From: Pseudomonadota bacterium
GTDB taxonomy: Bacteria; Bdellovibrionota_G; JALEGL01; DATDPG01
NCBI GenBank assembly: GCA_043809315.1
Contig: JAZDDX010000016.1
Location: 117,732-181,731 of the forward strand
Direction: 5' to 3'
Length of the DNA stretch: 64,000 bases
Shown: piece after piece, positions 28,138-37,206 of the stretch
How the letters are laid out: the number at the start of each line of letters is the position of its first letter
How positions within the stretch are numbered: position 1 is the stretch's first letter
Program-made: the position numbers and the translations under genes
The notes under the pieces: generated by a model
What the model saw: only the letters and a program-made list of their open reading frames with translations
The model's database searches: none
Told to the model about the DNA's origin: nothing

Positions 28138-28947
28138 ATGAATACAACGAAGATGGCGTTTTCTTTGATCGCGATTCTGTCACTCGCTGCGTGCGCCGAA
28201 CTCAAGAAAGCGGAGGAAGATCTGAACCGTCTCGCGAATTCGGGGATGGTGCCGATCGCGAAGACGGATCAGGATTCGACGACGGACGCCACAGGATCGA
28301 CAGGTTCATCTCAAGGGGGCGGCGGGGATTCATCCAGTAACACCGGATCGAATCTCGTGGGAGCCGATGAAACGTTCGTCGTGACGATCGGCAAGGACGA
28401 CAACAAAATCGCGGCCGAGAGCGACAACATGATCGTGACCGGGGACGACAACATGATCGTGATTGGAACAGATGGCAGTTTCGCGGCGGAAGGCGGTTTC
28501 GTGCCGGGAGGCGACAACCTAGTCGTGATCTCGACTGATGTTCCCATCTCTCCTAACCACGCTGTCTGTCATGAGTTTGCTGAACACGCAAAAGCATCCT
28601 TGTACCGACTGGCGAACGGTAGAGAGATGGTCATAATCTCCGTAGACAAGAGTGTTCTCACGAAGATTGATGGTTTCGGTTACTTATTGCGACGAAACGG
28701 TCTTCCAGTTGGATCTGACTGCGCCGCGTACCAGGGTGCAAACAACTGTAGTGAACTGTTCTACGGACTGAACCCGGATCGAGAAACGGCGATAAGATCT
28801 ATTGCCCCAGCGTTTGAAACCAGCCTGAGTTTCGAGAACCGCCTCACGCGTCAGCCCGGCGATATACTGGAGATCACACCCCGCTACAAACTCGGAACGG
28901 ACTGCAACCCTGGGCCTGACCCTGGCGATGTTTCCACGCAGTCGTAG
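28138..28947 (+). CDS. Hypothetical lipoprotein with Gly/Ser linker and DN-x-I/V repeats
   Basis: ATG 28138; lipobox LAA-C; DDNKI/SDNMIV/DDNMIV/GDNLVV repeats. Confidence 0.78.
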   Translation: MNTTKMAFSLIAILSLAACAELKKAEEDLNRLANSGMVPIAKTDQDSTTDATGSTGSSQGGGGDSSSNTGSNLVGADETFVVTIGKDDNKIAAESDNMIVTGDDNMIVIGTDGSFAAEGGFVPGGDNLVVISTDVPISPNHAVCHEFAEHAKASLYRLANGREMVIISVDKSVLTKIDGFGYLLRRNGLPVGSDCAAYQGANNCSELFYGLNPDRETAIRSIAPAFETSLSFENRLTRQPGDILEITPRYKLGTDCNPGPDPGDVSTQS

Positions 28948-28958
28948 GGCAGAACAGA

Positions 28959-28973
28959 TCCGATGCCGTAACC
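28959..28973. repeat. 15-bp direct repeat, copy 2
   Basis: Identical to 27997-28011. Confidence 0.9.
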
Positions 28974-29093
28974 CTGCGTACCACGCGCCCCACCTGAGCA
29001 GATCTTCGCCCCAAATTGACACGTATGCGTCAAAACCACGCTTCTAACTATCTAACATTACTTGATAAATTCAACAGAAACGCGGTGCGTCGG

Positions 29094-29108
29094 TGGTACG
29101 CGCCTTGC
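29094..29108 (+). promoter_or_regulatory. Sigma54 promoter
   Basis: TGGTACG-CGCC-TTGC preceded by an AT-rich tract (about 29041-29075). Confidence 0.7.
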
Positions 29109-29134
29109 GAAGATAGATAAGCAAGGAGTTACAA

Positions 29135-29299
29135 ATGAACGAAACGCCGAAACGAACCTCGTTCCTAAAAGAGATCGAACTCGCCCTTTTCGACTGCCGC
29201 CATCAGATCCGCCAAGCGGTTCGGCAATACGAGAGAGATGTCGAGTCGGCTCTTCGCGATCTCCGGACCGAATTGAGTCAGACTAGGAACGCCGCGTAA
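29135..29299 (+). CDS. Small helical protein, 54 aa (not in ORF track)
   Basis: SD AAGGAG; MNETPKRTSFLKEIELALFDCRHQIRQAVRQYERDVESALRDLRTELSQTRNAA*; sigma54 promoter upstream. Confidence 0.65.
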   Translation: MNETPKRTSFLKEIELALFDCRHQIRQAVRQYERDVESALRDLRTELSQTRNAA

Positions 29300-30068
29300 T
29301 CGCTTCTTTCGCACGGTTCCACAGATCGTCCAGTTCGCGATCGCTCAAACCCTTCAACTCGATCCCGTTCTTTCGCGCCTCTTCCTCCATCCAACGGAAC
29401 CTCGTTTCGAACTTCCCTGTCGACAGCCGCAAGCTCGACTCCGCGTCGACCCCCAGGTGACGAGCCAGACTCGTCAGGGCAAAGAGAAGATCTCCGAACT
29501 CTTCCTCCACACGTTTCGGATCCCCCTCCACTTCCGATAACTCGTCCAACTCCTCGTTGATCTTCGCGCGGACCTCTTCCGCCTTCTTCCAATCGAACCC
29601 GACGCTCGCCGCCTTCTCCCCGACCCGGGAAGCCCGGAGCAGCGCCGGCAGAGTCCCCGGGATCCCATCGAGCAGATGCTCCCTCCCCTCCTTCTCCTTG
29701 ATCTTTGACCATTTCTTCAAAACCTGATCCGCGGTCGAGGCCTCATCCCCCTCGTCTTTCCGGAAGACGTGCGGGTGCCGCCGAACCAGCTTGTCGTGAA
29801 TCGCCCCGATCACCCCGTCGATGTCGAACGTCCCCACTTCCGACGCCATCTGCGCGTGAAAGACGACCTGGAGAAGGAGGTCCCCCAGCTCGTCCCGAAG
29901 TCCGGGCCAGTCTTTCCGATCGATCGCGTCGACCACCTCGTACGCCTCCTCGATCGCGTACGGCCGGATCGACTCGTGCGTCTGCTCCCGGTCCCAGGGG
30001 CATCCCCCGTCGCCGCGCAGCTTTTCCATCAGACCGACCAAGGCCCGAAACGGGTCAACCTTCCCCAC
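29283..30068 (-). CDS. mazG: Nucleoside triphosphate pyrophosphohydrolase MazG
   Basis: GCPWDREQTHES, EEAYEV, ELGDLLLQVVFH, RRHPHVF, EEFGDLLF. Confidence 0.95.
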   Translation of the reverse strand: MGKVDPFRALVGLMEKLRGDGGCPWDREQTHESIRPYAIEEAYEVVDAIDRKDWPGLRDELGDLLLQVVFHAQMASEVGTFDIDGVIGAIHDKLVRRHPHVFRKDEGDEASTADQVLKKWSKIKEKEGREHLLDGIPGTLPALLRASRVGEKAASVGFDWKKAEEVRAKINEELDELSEVEGDPKRVEEEFGDLLFALTSLARHLGVDAESSLRLSTGKFETRFRWMEEEARKNGIELKGLSDRELDDLWNRAKEAITRRS

Positions 30069-30795
30069 GAAACACCTCCTCCCGGAACTTCTGGCTCTTC
30101 GGCTCGCGCCCGAGCGTCGCACATACGAACGAGTTCAAGACCTGCCGCAATTGCGTCGCCGCCGGGGGCGGCAACGGATCCCCCGCCTGCGCGGCTTTGA
30201 TCCAGGCGGCCTCGACGAAGCGCCCTTCGCCGCTCCGCGGGCATCTCGAACAGATCACGCCACCGCGGACAAACGAGAAAAAGACCTGTCCCGTGACCGA
30301 TTCCGAGCCGCATTCCAAGCAACGGTCCCAATGAGGAGCGAACCCCAGGAACGACAGGAGTTCCAACTCGAACCGAAGATCGGCGGCGACCGAAATCGGT
30401 TGCGTCGCCAGACGTCCGAGCGCCTCTTTCCACCACGCGTACGTCTCCGGATGCGGGTCCCCCTCCCCAAGCAGGTTCCACAGGCAGTCGGCGAGGTATC
30501 CAGCCGCCGCCAGCCGGCGGAGATCGCCGCGGAGGCCGTGGTACCCTTCGACGAGAGAGACACGCTCGAGCCTCCAGAGCGCCCCTTGCGGATCCCGTGG
30601 GGGTCGGAGATCGATCGCAAGACAATGAAACAGGTCGAGCGTCCCGCCGAACCGTTTGCGGCTCACGCGCGCCTTCATCGCAAACGCCGAAATCTTCCCC
30701 ATATCGGGGGTTAAGAATCCGACGATCCGGTCGCTCTCCCCGTAATCGATGATCCGAAGAACGATCCCCTCCGTTTCCCGCGAAGGGGCGTTCAT
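30055..30795 (-). CDS. recO: DNA repair protein RecO
   Basis: EGIVLR..DYGESDRIV, SRKRFGG, CxxC...CxxC zinc finger; ATG 30795. Confidence 0.92.
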   Translation of the reverse strand: MNAPSRETEGIVLRIIDYGESDRIVGFLTPDMGKISAFAMKARVSRKRFGGTLDLFHCLAIDLRPPRDPQGALWRLERVSLVEGYHGLRGDLRRLAAAGYLADCLWNLLGEGDPHPETYAWWKEALGRLATQPISVAADLRFELELLSFLGFAPHWDRCLECGSESVTGQVFFSFVRGGVICSRCPRSGEGRFVEAAWIKAAQAGDPLPPPAATQLRQVLNSFVCATLGREPKSQKFREEVFRGEG

Positions 30796-31691
30796 CGGAA
30801 CAGCCTTCGGCGCCTCTTCTCGTCGAATCCGAATACCTGGAGAGGTGGAGCCGACGTCGAAACAACGAGCCGCTCTCCCAGGTGGAACGGGAACTGACTG
30901 TGAGCGCCGTCGACGTAGACTCGGCCGTTCCTCATCTTGGAATAGAGGACGAGCTCCTCGTCGGCTTTCAGGATTCCGCGAGCCTTCCCGAGAAAGGAAC
31001 CGTTCCGGGGATACGGCTCCCGGACGACGAACTGGAATCCGCGGCTCCGGATCGGCATCACCTTCCCGCCTGCGGAGGCCAGTGCGGCGGTCGTCCCGGC
31101 CGGTGGCGCGATCCAGACACCGGAGCATTTGAACTCGAACCGGTCGTTGCACCGCTCGAAAATCAGTTTCGATGTCGCGGCCGGATTCGCATGCGCGATC
31201 AAGGCGTCGTTGAGGACCGGGAACGGGATCTTCTGTCGTCCGATTCGGATGGCGAGCCGGGCCAGATCGATCGGCTTCGCTCTCCCCAGCTCGATCGCGT
31301 CGAGCATCTCCTCGAAGCGGTCGGGGATCGTCCCACAAAGAAGACCGACACTGTCATTTGGGCTGGAGTTCAACCCGAGGATCGGACACCCGGTGAGCGA
31401 GTGGGCGGCGTCCAGAAACGTGCCGTCCCCCCCAACGGTGAGGACGAGGTCGACCCCCCGTTGCCGGAATGGGCGTGCTCGGTAAACGAACTCCGCCGAG
31501 ATCCCTCGGCGCTTCAAAACCTCACGAACCAGGGCGAGGGCTTCGTAGTGACTCCGGTGGCTCGGAACGAACCGGCGTGTGACCGGGTGGCCCGACCGGA
31601 GCATGGACATAACCCGCGGGCTCTTTCGCTCCTTCGTGTAAAGCTCCAGCGCGCTCTTCTTGTAGACCACTACGACCTTCCGGAGCTTCAC
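30792..31691 (-). CDS. nadK: NAD kinase
   Basis: GGDGTFL, LND, SGVWIAPPAGTTA...SAGG, VDG. Confidence 0.88.
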   Translation of the reverse strand: MKLRKVVVVYKKSALELYTKERKSPRVMSMLRSGHPVTRRFVPSHRSHYEALALVREVLKRRGISAEFVYRARPFRQRGVDLVLTVGGDGTFLDAAHSLTGCPILGLNSSPNDSVGLLCGTIPDRFEEMLDAIELGRAKPIDLARLAIRIGRQKIPFPVLNDALIAHANPAATSKLIFERCNDRFEFKCSGVWIAPPAGTTAALASAGGKVMPIRSRGFQFVVREPYPRNGSFLGKARGILKADEELVLYSKMRNGRVYVDGAHSQFPFHLGERLVVSTSAPPLQVFGFDEKRRRRLFR

Positions 31692-33322
31692 GACGCATCC
31701 CCCCTCGCGATCGGCATCCGCCACCCGGATCCGAACGCTTTCGGGGAAAGGCGTAAGCCCGGCGCGGCCTGGCGGCGTTTGAACTCGTTCCGGTCGACCA
31801 TCGAGATCACGCGCTCGACGACTTCACGCGGGTATCCCGCCTTCACGATCCGGTCGATCCCGGCTCTCTCCTCGACGTACATCTTCAAGATCGGGTCGAG
31901 CTGTCCGTACGGCGGGAGGGAATCCTCGTCCTTCTGATCGGGCCGGAGTTCCGCGGAGGGGGGCCGGTCGAAGACCCGCTTCGGTACCGCCTTCCATTTG
32001 TCGTTCAGGTATCTCGCGACGGTGTAAACCCCTTCCTTCGGAAGATCGGAGATGACGGCAAGCCCTCCGGCCATGTCGCCATACTGCGTGCAGTACCCGA
32101 CCGCCAGCTCCGACTTGTTCCCGGTGCTCAAGACGAGCGCCCCGAATTTGTTCGAAAGCGCCATCAGGAGATTCCCCCGGATCCGGGCCTGGATGTTTTC
32201 CTCCGTCGCATCCGGCTCTTTTCCGGCGAACAGATCGGCCAGGGAGCGGTCGTACTCTTTCATCAACGGCTCGATCGGAAGGGTCAGGAACCCGATTCCG
32301 AGTTTTGCGGCCAGTGCGGCGGCGTCGGTCTGACTGGCCTCGCTCGTGAACGGCGACGGCATCGACACCCCCGTCACCTTCCCGGCCCCGAGCGCCTCGA
32401 CCGCGAGAAGGGCGACCAGGGAAGAGTCGATCCCTCCGGAAAGTCCGATCAAGGCTCGGTCGAACCCGCATTTATGCGTGTAGTCCCGGATCCCCATCGT
32501 CAGAGCCCGGGCCACCCACTCGGGGGACTTCTCCGGCCAAGGATGGAGGTCTCCACTCCCGTTCCCGAAATCGACGACCGCCAGATCTTCTTCGAACACC
32601 TTGCAGCGGGCGAGTACCTTTCCGTGCGGGTCCAGGGCGACGCTCCCGCCGTCGAAAAGAATCTCGTCGTTCCCGCCGACCAGGTTCACGATCACGAACG
32701 GAATCCTGAGATCGGAGACCACCCGGTCGAACAGCCGTTTCCGGATCTTTTCCTTCCCGTCGTGATACGGCGAAGAGGAGAGATTGACGATCAGCTTCGC
32801 CCCCTTTTCTTTCAGCTCCCGCGCGGGGAACCGCTCGTACAGCTTCCTTCCTAAGAACTCTTCGTAGTTCCAGATATCCTCGCAGATGGTGATCCCGACC
32901 GGCATTCCTCCGATCGTGACGAGATCGCTCCGGTCGGCGGAATCGAAATAGCGGGCTTCCTCGAAGATGTCGTACGTCGGAAGGAGGCTCTTGTGCTGGA
33001 CGAACCGCACCTTGCCTCCCGAAACATACGCGGCGGCGTTGTACTTTCCTTTTCCGGTCTTTCCACCGGCATCGACGAAGCCGACGATGAAGTCCTGCTT
33101 CGGATGGTCGGCAGCCAACCGGTCGAGCGCCTCCCGGCTTCGGGGGAGGAACCCCTCGATTTCGAGGAGGTCCTTGGGGGGGTATCCGACCAGCGCCAAC
33201 TCCGGGAAGACGGTCAGATCGGCACCACGGGAGGCCGCTTCTTTCAAAAACCGGGCGATCCGGCGGCAGTTCGCATCGACCGCCCCCATCGAAGTATTGA
33301 TCTGGGCCAGAGCCAGACGCAT
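31688..33322 (-). CDS. nadE: Glutamine-dependent NAD+ synthetase
   Basis: MRLALAQIN, FPEL, ICEDIW, GLSGGIDS, ENIQARIRG, TGNKSE, PPSAEL, EFKRRQ. Confidence 0.95.
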   Translation of the reverse strand: MRLALAQINTSMGAVDANCRRIARFLKEAASRGADLTVFPELALVGYPPKDLLEIEGFLPRSREALDRLAADHPKQDFIVGFVDAGGKTGKGKYNAAAYVSGGKVRFVQHKSLLPTYDIFEEARYFDSADRSDLVTIGGMPVGITICEDIWNYEEFLGRKLYERFPARELKEKGAKLIVNLSSSPYHDGKEKIRKRLFDRVVSDLRIPFVIVNLVGGNDEILFDGGSVALDPHGKVLARCKVFEEDLAVVDFGNGSGDLHPWPEKSPEWVARALTMGIRDYTHKCGFDRALIGLSGGIDSSLVALLAVEALGAGKVTGVSMPSPFTSEASQTDAAALAAKLGIGFLTLPIEPLMKEYDRSLADLFAGKEPDATEENIQARIRGNLLMALSNKFGALVLSTGNKSELAVGYCTQYGDMAGGLAVISDLPKEGVYTVARYLNDKWKAVPKRVFDRPPSAELRPDQKDEDSLPPYGQLDPILKMYVEERAGIDRIVKAGYPREVVERVISMVDRNEFKRRQAAPGLRLSPKAFGSGWRMPIARGDAS

Positions 33323-33389
33323 CGGGGCGCATGGTACCACGTCCGCGCCGCAAGACACGTTTCGAACCGGATGGTAGGCTGCGCGCATC

Positions 33390-34115
33390 GTGGCTTTCCG
33401 GATTCGACGTATAATTCCCGTTCTCGCCCTCCTGATCTCCGTGGGAAGGGTCGCCGCCGACGACGGGAGAACCCCATTCACGGTCGTTTTGGATCCGGGG
33501 CATGGCGGTACCGACGCCGGCGTCCGTCGGGATCCGCTCACGGAAAAAGGGCTAACTCTCGATATCGCCCGACGGGTCGAAACGATCCTGAAAGGACGAC
33601 CGGAGATCCGTGTTCTTCTGACTCGCACGGATGACACGCGGGTGTCGTCCGACGATCGCAAAAAACTGGGGAATGCAAACCCCGCAGGGATCTACATCTC
33701 ACTCCACTTCGCCTCGGCTTCCGACCCCGCGCTGCGGGGCCCGCGAGTCTATGTCCTCCCTCCGCCCACCGTGAGCGGTACGCGGTCCGCTCTTCCCAAA
33801 GCCGACCAGGCACACGCCTGGAGTTTGAGCGAAAGCTGGAAGTTGGCGAAGACGTTGAGCCGGACGCTCGCCCCCCAGGAAGCGGACGGACTCGCAAGAA
33901 TCGCCCCTCTCCCGCTGGTCCCGCTCCTCGGGGTGACGGTCCCTTGTACGCTCGTCGAGATCGATTATTTGACGGCGGCCGATTCCAGCCGGTGGAGCGA
34001 TCCGGTCTCGGTCGAGGCAACGGCACAACAGATCGCCTCCGCGATCACCTTGTATCAGCAGCCGGTTCCTTCGCTTGACCCGGCACCGCCGGCAGGGAAC
34101 AATCCGCCGCCATGA
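33390..34115 (+). CDS. N-acetylmuramoyl-L-alanine amidase (Amidase_3)
   Basis: VVLDPGHGGTD, EK, LTRTDD, ISLH, LVE. Confidence 0.88.
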   Translation: MAFRIRRIIPVLALLISVGRVAADDGRTPFTVVLDPGHGGTDAGVRRDPLTEKGLTLDIARRVETILKGRPEIRVLLTRTDDTRVSSDDRKKLGNANPAGIYISLHFASASDPALRGPRVYVLPPPTVSGTRSALPKADQAHAWSLSESWKLAKTLSRTLAPQEADGLARIAPLPLVPLLGVTVPCTLVEIDYLTAADSSRWSDPVSVEATAQQIASAITLYQQPVPSLDPAPPAGNNPPP

Positions 34116-34837
34116 GAACTTCGAACCGGGACGACTTGGGGCTGCGACGGATCACGTTGGAGCCGAACTTCATCAAACATGCTGAAGGCTCCTGTCTACT
34201 CAAGATGGGGGAGACCTGGGTGATCACCACCGCCTCCGTCGAGGAAAAGGTCCCCCCGTGGCTGGAAAGAAAGGGGAGCGGCTGGGTGACGGCCGAATAC
34301 GCGATGCTCCCCCGCGCGACGAACTCGCGGACACGGCGGGAAGGGGCCGCCGGCAAGCAAACGGGTCGGACGCAGGAGATCCAGCGGCTGATCGGGCGAG
34401 CCCTCCGCGCTGCGGTGGACTTGAAGGCGCTCGGCGAGCGGACGATCACGATCGATTGCGACGTGATCCAGGCGGACGGGGGAACACGGATCGCCTCGAT
34501 CAACGGCGGCTTCGTGTCGCTGGCGCTGGCGATCGCGTGGCTTCAGAAAAAAGAAAAGATCGCGACCAGCCCGATCAAATCGGCGGTGGCCGGTATTTCT
34601 CTCGGGCTCAAGAAGGGGAATTTTCTGGTCGATCCCGACTACAACGAGGACTCGACCTGCGACGTCGACCTGAACGTCGTGATGCTGGAGAAGGGGAAGA
34701 TCGTGGAGCTGCAGGGGACCGCCGAAGGGGCGACCTTCACGGCCGAAGAGTCGAATCAGATGGTCCGGCAGGCCTCCCACGCGATCGAGCGGATCTTCGA
34801 CGCCCAGTATTCCGCGCTCGGTGTCGCGCGTGCCTGA
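34112..34837 (+). CDS. rph: Ribonuclease PH
   Basis: GWVTAEYAMLP, GRTQEIQRLIGR, QADGGTR, QGTAE. Confidence 0.96.
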   Translation: MRTSNRDDLGLRRITLEPNFIKHAEGSCLLKMGETWVITTASVEEKVPPWLERKGSGWVTAEYAMLPRATNSRTRREGAAGKQTGRTQEIQRLIGRALRAAVDLKALGERTITIDCDVIQADGGTRIASINGGFVSLALAIAWLQKKEKIATSPIKSAVAGISLGLKKGNFLVDPDYNEDSTCDVDLNVVMLEKGKIVELQGTAEGATFTAEESNQMVRQASHAIERIFDAQYSALGVARA

Positions 34838-35411
34838 GCTGCTGATCGCGACGCAAAACCGCGGGAAGGTCAAAGAGATCAGCGCGTTCTTCGCGTCGGT
34901 TCGACCCGACCTTACTTGTCTCGCTCTCGCTGACCTCGATCCTTCCTGGAATGTGATCGAAAACGGAGCGACGTTTCTCGAAAACGCCCGGAAAAAGGGG
35001 ATCGAAACGGCGAAGAGGTTCGGCAAGATCACGCTCGCGGACGACACGGGGCTTCTGGTGGATCGCTTGGACGGGCGCCCCGGGGTCTATTCGTCGCGGT
35101 ATGCGAATTCGGATGCGGAAAAAGTTGAAAGACTTCTCGGAGAATTACGCGGGATTCCGAAGGAAAAGAGAACCGCGCGGTTCGAGTGCGTGATGGTTCT
35201 CGCGCAACCGGACGGCAAGACCGCCGTCGAGACGGGGACGGTGGAAGGAACGATCCTTGAGTCGCCGCGGGGAACCGATGGGTTCGGGTTCGATCCGGTC
35301 TTCTGGATCCCAGAGCTTCAAAAAACGCTGGCGGAGATCTCGACCGACGAGAAAAACCGAATCAGTCACCGGGCCAAAGCTCTTCGGAAGATCGCGCGGC
35401 ATCTGGTATAA
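34821..35411 (+). CDS. rdgB: Non-canonical purine NTP pyrophosphatase (RdgB/HAM1)
   Basis: ATQNRGK, ADDTGL, PGVYSSRY, GFGFDPVF, KNRISHR. Confidence 0.95.
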   Translation: MSRVPELLIATQNRGKVKEISAFFASVRPDLTCLALADLDPSWNVIENGATFLENARKKGIETAKRFGKITLADDTGLLVDRLDGRPGVYSSRYANSDAEKVERLLGELRGIPKEKRTARFECVMVLAQPDGKTAVETGTVEGTILESPRGTDGFGFDPVFWIPELQKTLAEISTDEKNRISHRAKALRKIARHLV

Positions 35412-35426
35412 GAGAGGCGATCGTGT

Positions 35427-35503
35427 CGGGGCGTAGCTCAGCCTGGTAGAGCACCTGCTTTGGGAGCAGGGGGTCGCCGGTTCAAATCCAGTCGCCCCGA
35501 CCA
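35427..35503 (+). tRNA. tRNA-Pro(TGG)
   Basis: CGGGGCG...CGCCCCG-A-CCA cloverleaf, anticodon loop TTTGGGA; follows rph-rdgB. Confidence 0.93.
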
Positions 35504-35526
35504 ACTTTAAGCTCGTCGATAGATCC

Positions 35527-37206
35527 GTGAAGAGAGCCGGACTCATCCTCGTCCTCCTGTTTCTCTGGATCGCCCACTTGACCCCGGTGGTCGATCCCGA
35601 TCTCTGGTGGCATATCGCCGTCGGCAAGGAGATCCTCGCAAACCACGCCATCCCGACGACCGATCTCTATTCCCACACATTCCCGGGCGCGTCCTGCGTC
35701 TACCCCGACTGGTTGGGGGGTGTTTTCTGGGCCACGATCGATTCCTGGGGAGGGATCCCCTTGCTCGTCATCGCTACCGCCACGCTCCTCATTCTGACCT
35801 ACGTCTTGAGTTGGAGCGCCGTCGATCGCGAGCGCTCCCCGTTTCTCGAGTCGGCCGTGGTTTTCCTTTCCCTCTTCTTCTGCCTCAAAACCTACGCTCT
35901 GGCCCGACCGCAGCTCCTCGGCTTTTTCTTTTTCGGATTGATCTCCTGGTGCGCGGCTCGAGCGCGAAGCGCAAATCATCGCTGGATCTACGTCATCCCG
36001 CTCGTCCAGATTCTCTGGATCAACACTCACCGGAGCGCCCTCCTCGCTCCTCTCTTCATGGCGACCGTTCTGTTCTTCTCAGATCCGAAAGATCGAAAGG
36101 TATTCCTCCGAGGAACGATCCTGACCGTCCTCGCGACCTTCCTCCATCCCCAGGCGCTCTTCCTTTGGAGTTCGACGCTGGGGCTTTTCGGCTCGGCTGA
36201 GATGCGGACCCACGTCATCGAATGGCAGGGGTCGGGCCCGTGGGGTCTGATCCGATCGTTCTTTCCGCTCTGGATCTCGATCGTTCTCCTGTTCCTCTTC
36301 CGGACGCCCCGGCGCGGAGAGACCTGGTTCGCCCTCGCACTCTCCATCGCCGGAATCCGCTATCCGCGCCTCCTCCCGTTCGCATCGCTCCTTCTGGTGC
36401 CGGCCGGATTCGCCTGGATCCGGAACTTTTCTTCGCTTCGAACGAAGGTCCCTGCCGCCGTCTATTCGCTGGTTCTCTCCGCGGTGATCGTTCTCTCGTG
36501 GTTCGCGCCGGGTTGGGCGAGCCCGATCCGCTCCGACCGACCGGGGTTCAAGATCTCTTCCACCTTCCCCCGTGCCGCGGCCGATCTTTTGCGTCGCGAG
36601 TTCCCCCAGGCGCGGCTCTTCAACCTTCTCGAAGACGGCGGATATCTCATGTACCACCTCGGCCGCGATGCGCGTCTCTTCATCGACGGACGGACCGGGA
36701 TTCTCTATCCGTTCTCGCTCGTGGAGGAGGGGGCGAACGCCCTTTCCTCCCGGCAGGCTCTCCTCGCTGTACTAGAGCGCCGCAAAGTCGAGGTGGCGAT
36801 CCTTCCGGTCGCGCCGGGCGATCGTTTCGACTCCCTTCTCGCGGGAGATCCGCGGTGGCCGGTCGTCCTTCTGGGGGATCATCGCGTCGTACACCTCCGC
36901 GCGGATCTTCTCCCGAAACATCCCGGTCTCCGACCGTTGACCGGGGTCGACCTTGCCGATCCGTTCCGGTCGATCGCGGCGATGAAAACAAACGCGCCGG
37001 GTTGGAGTCAGCTGCGAGAGACGCTCGATCAGTACCGTTCTCTCGATTCTTCGAGCTTCAAAGCGACCGTCCTGCGGGCGTTCGTCGCGCATCGGGAGGG
37101 GGATCGTTCCTCGGAAGCCGACCTCCTTCGGCGCGCGTTGGTCTTGAACCCACAGTATGACTTCGCGAAGCGAGAACTCACCGCTTTGGAGAACCGGCGA
37201 CCTTGA
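35527..37206 (+). CDS. Multi-TM membrane protein, GT-C-like, with C-terminal TPR-like helix
   Basis: DPDLWWH..G loop motif, RPQ, WIN.H, EW, GGYL, FIDGR. Confidence 0.7.
   Translation: MKRAGLILVLLFLWIAHLTPVVDPDLWWHIAVGKEILANHAIPTTDLYSHTFPGASCVYPDWLGGVFWATIDSWGGIPLLVIATATLLILTYVLSWSAVDRERSPFLESAVVFLSLFFCLKTYALARPQLLGFFFFGLISWCAARARSANHRWIYVIPLVQILWINTHRSALLAPLFMATVLFFSDPKDRKVFLRGTILTVLATFLHPQALFLWSSTLGLFGSAEMRTHVIEWQGSGPWGLIRSFFPLWISIVLLFLFRTPRRGETWFALALSIAGIRYPRLLPFASLLLVPAGFAWIRNFSSLRTKVPAAVYSLVLSAVIVLSWFAPGWASPIRSDRPGFKISSTFPRAAADLLRREFPQARLFNLLEDGGYLMYHLGRDARLFIDGRTGILYPFSLVEEGANALSSRQALLAVLERRKVEVAILPVAPGDRFDSLLAGDPRWPVVLLGDHRVVHLRADLLPKHPGLRPLTGVDLADPFRSIAAMKTNAPGWSQLRETLDQYRSLDSSSFKATVLRAFVAHREGDRSSEADLLRRALVLNPQYDFAKRELTALENRRP

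Noticed and set aside
35471-35492. T-stem mismatch in tRNA-Pro as a sign of a pseudo-tRNA
   Set aside because: A single mismatch; the rest of the cloverleaf, CCA and conserved rph-rdgB context are intact.
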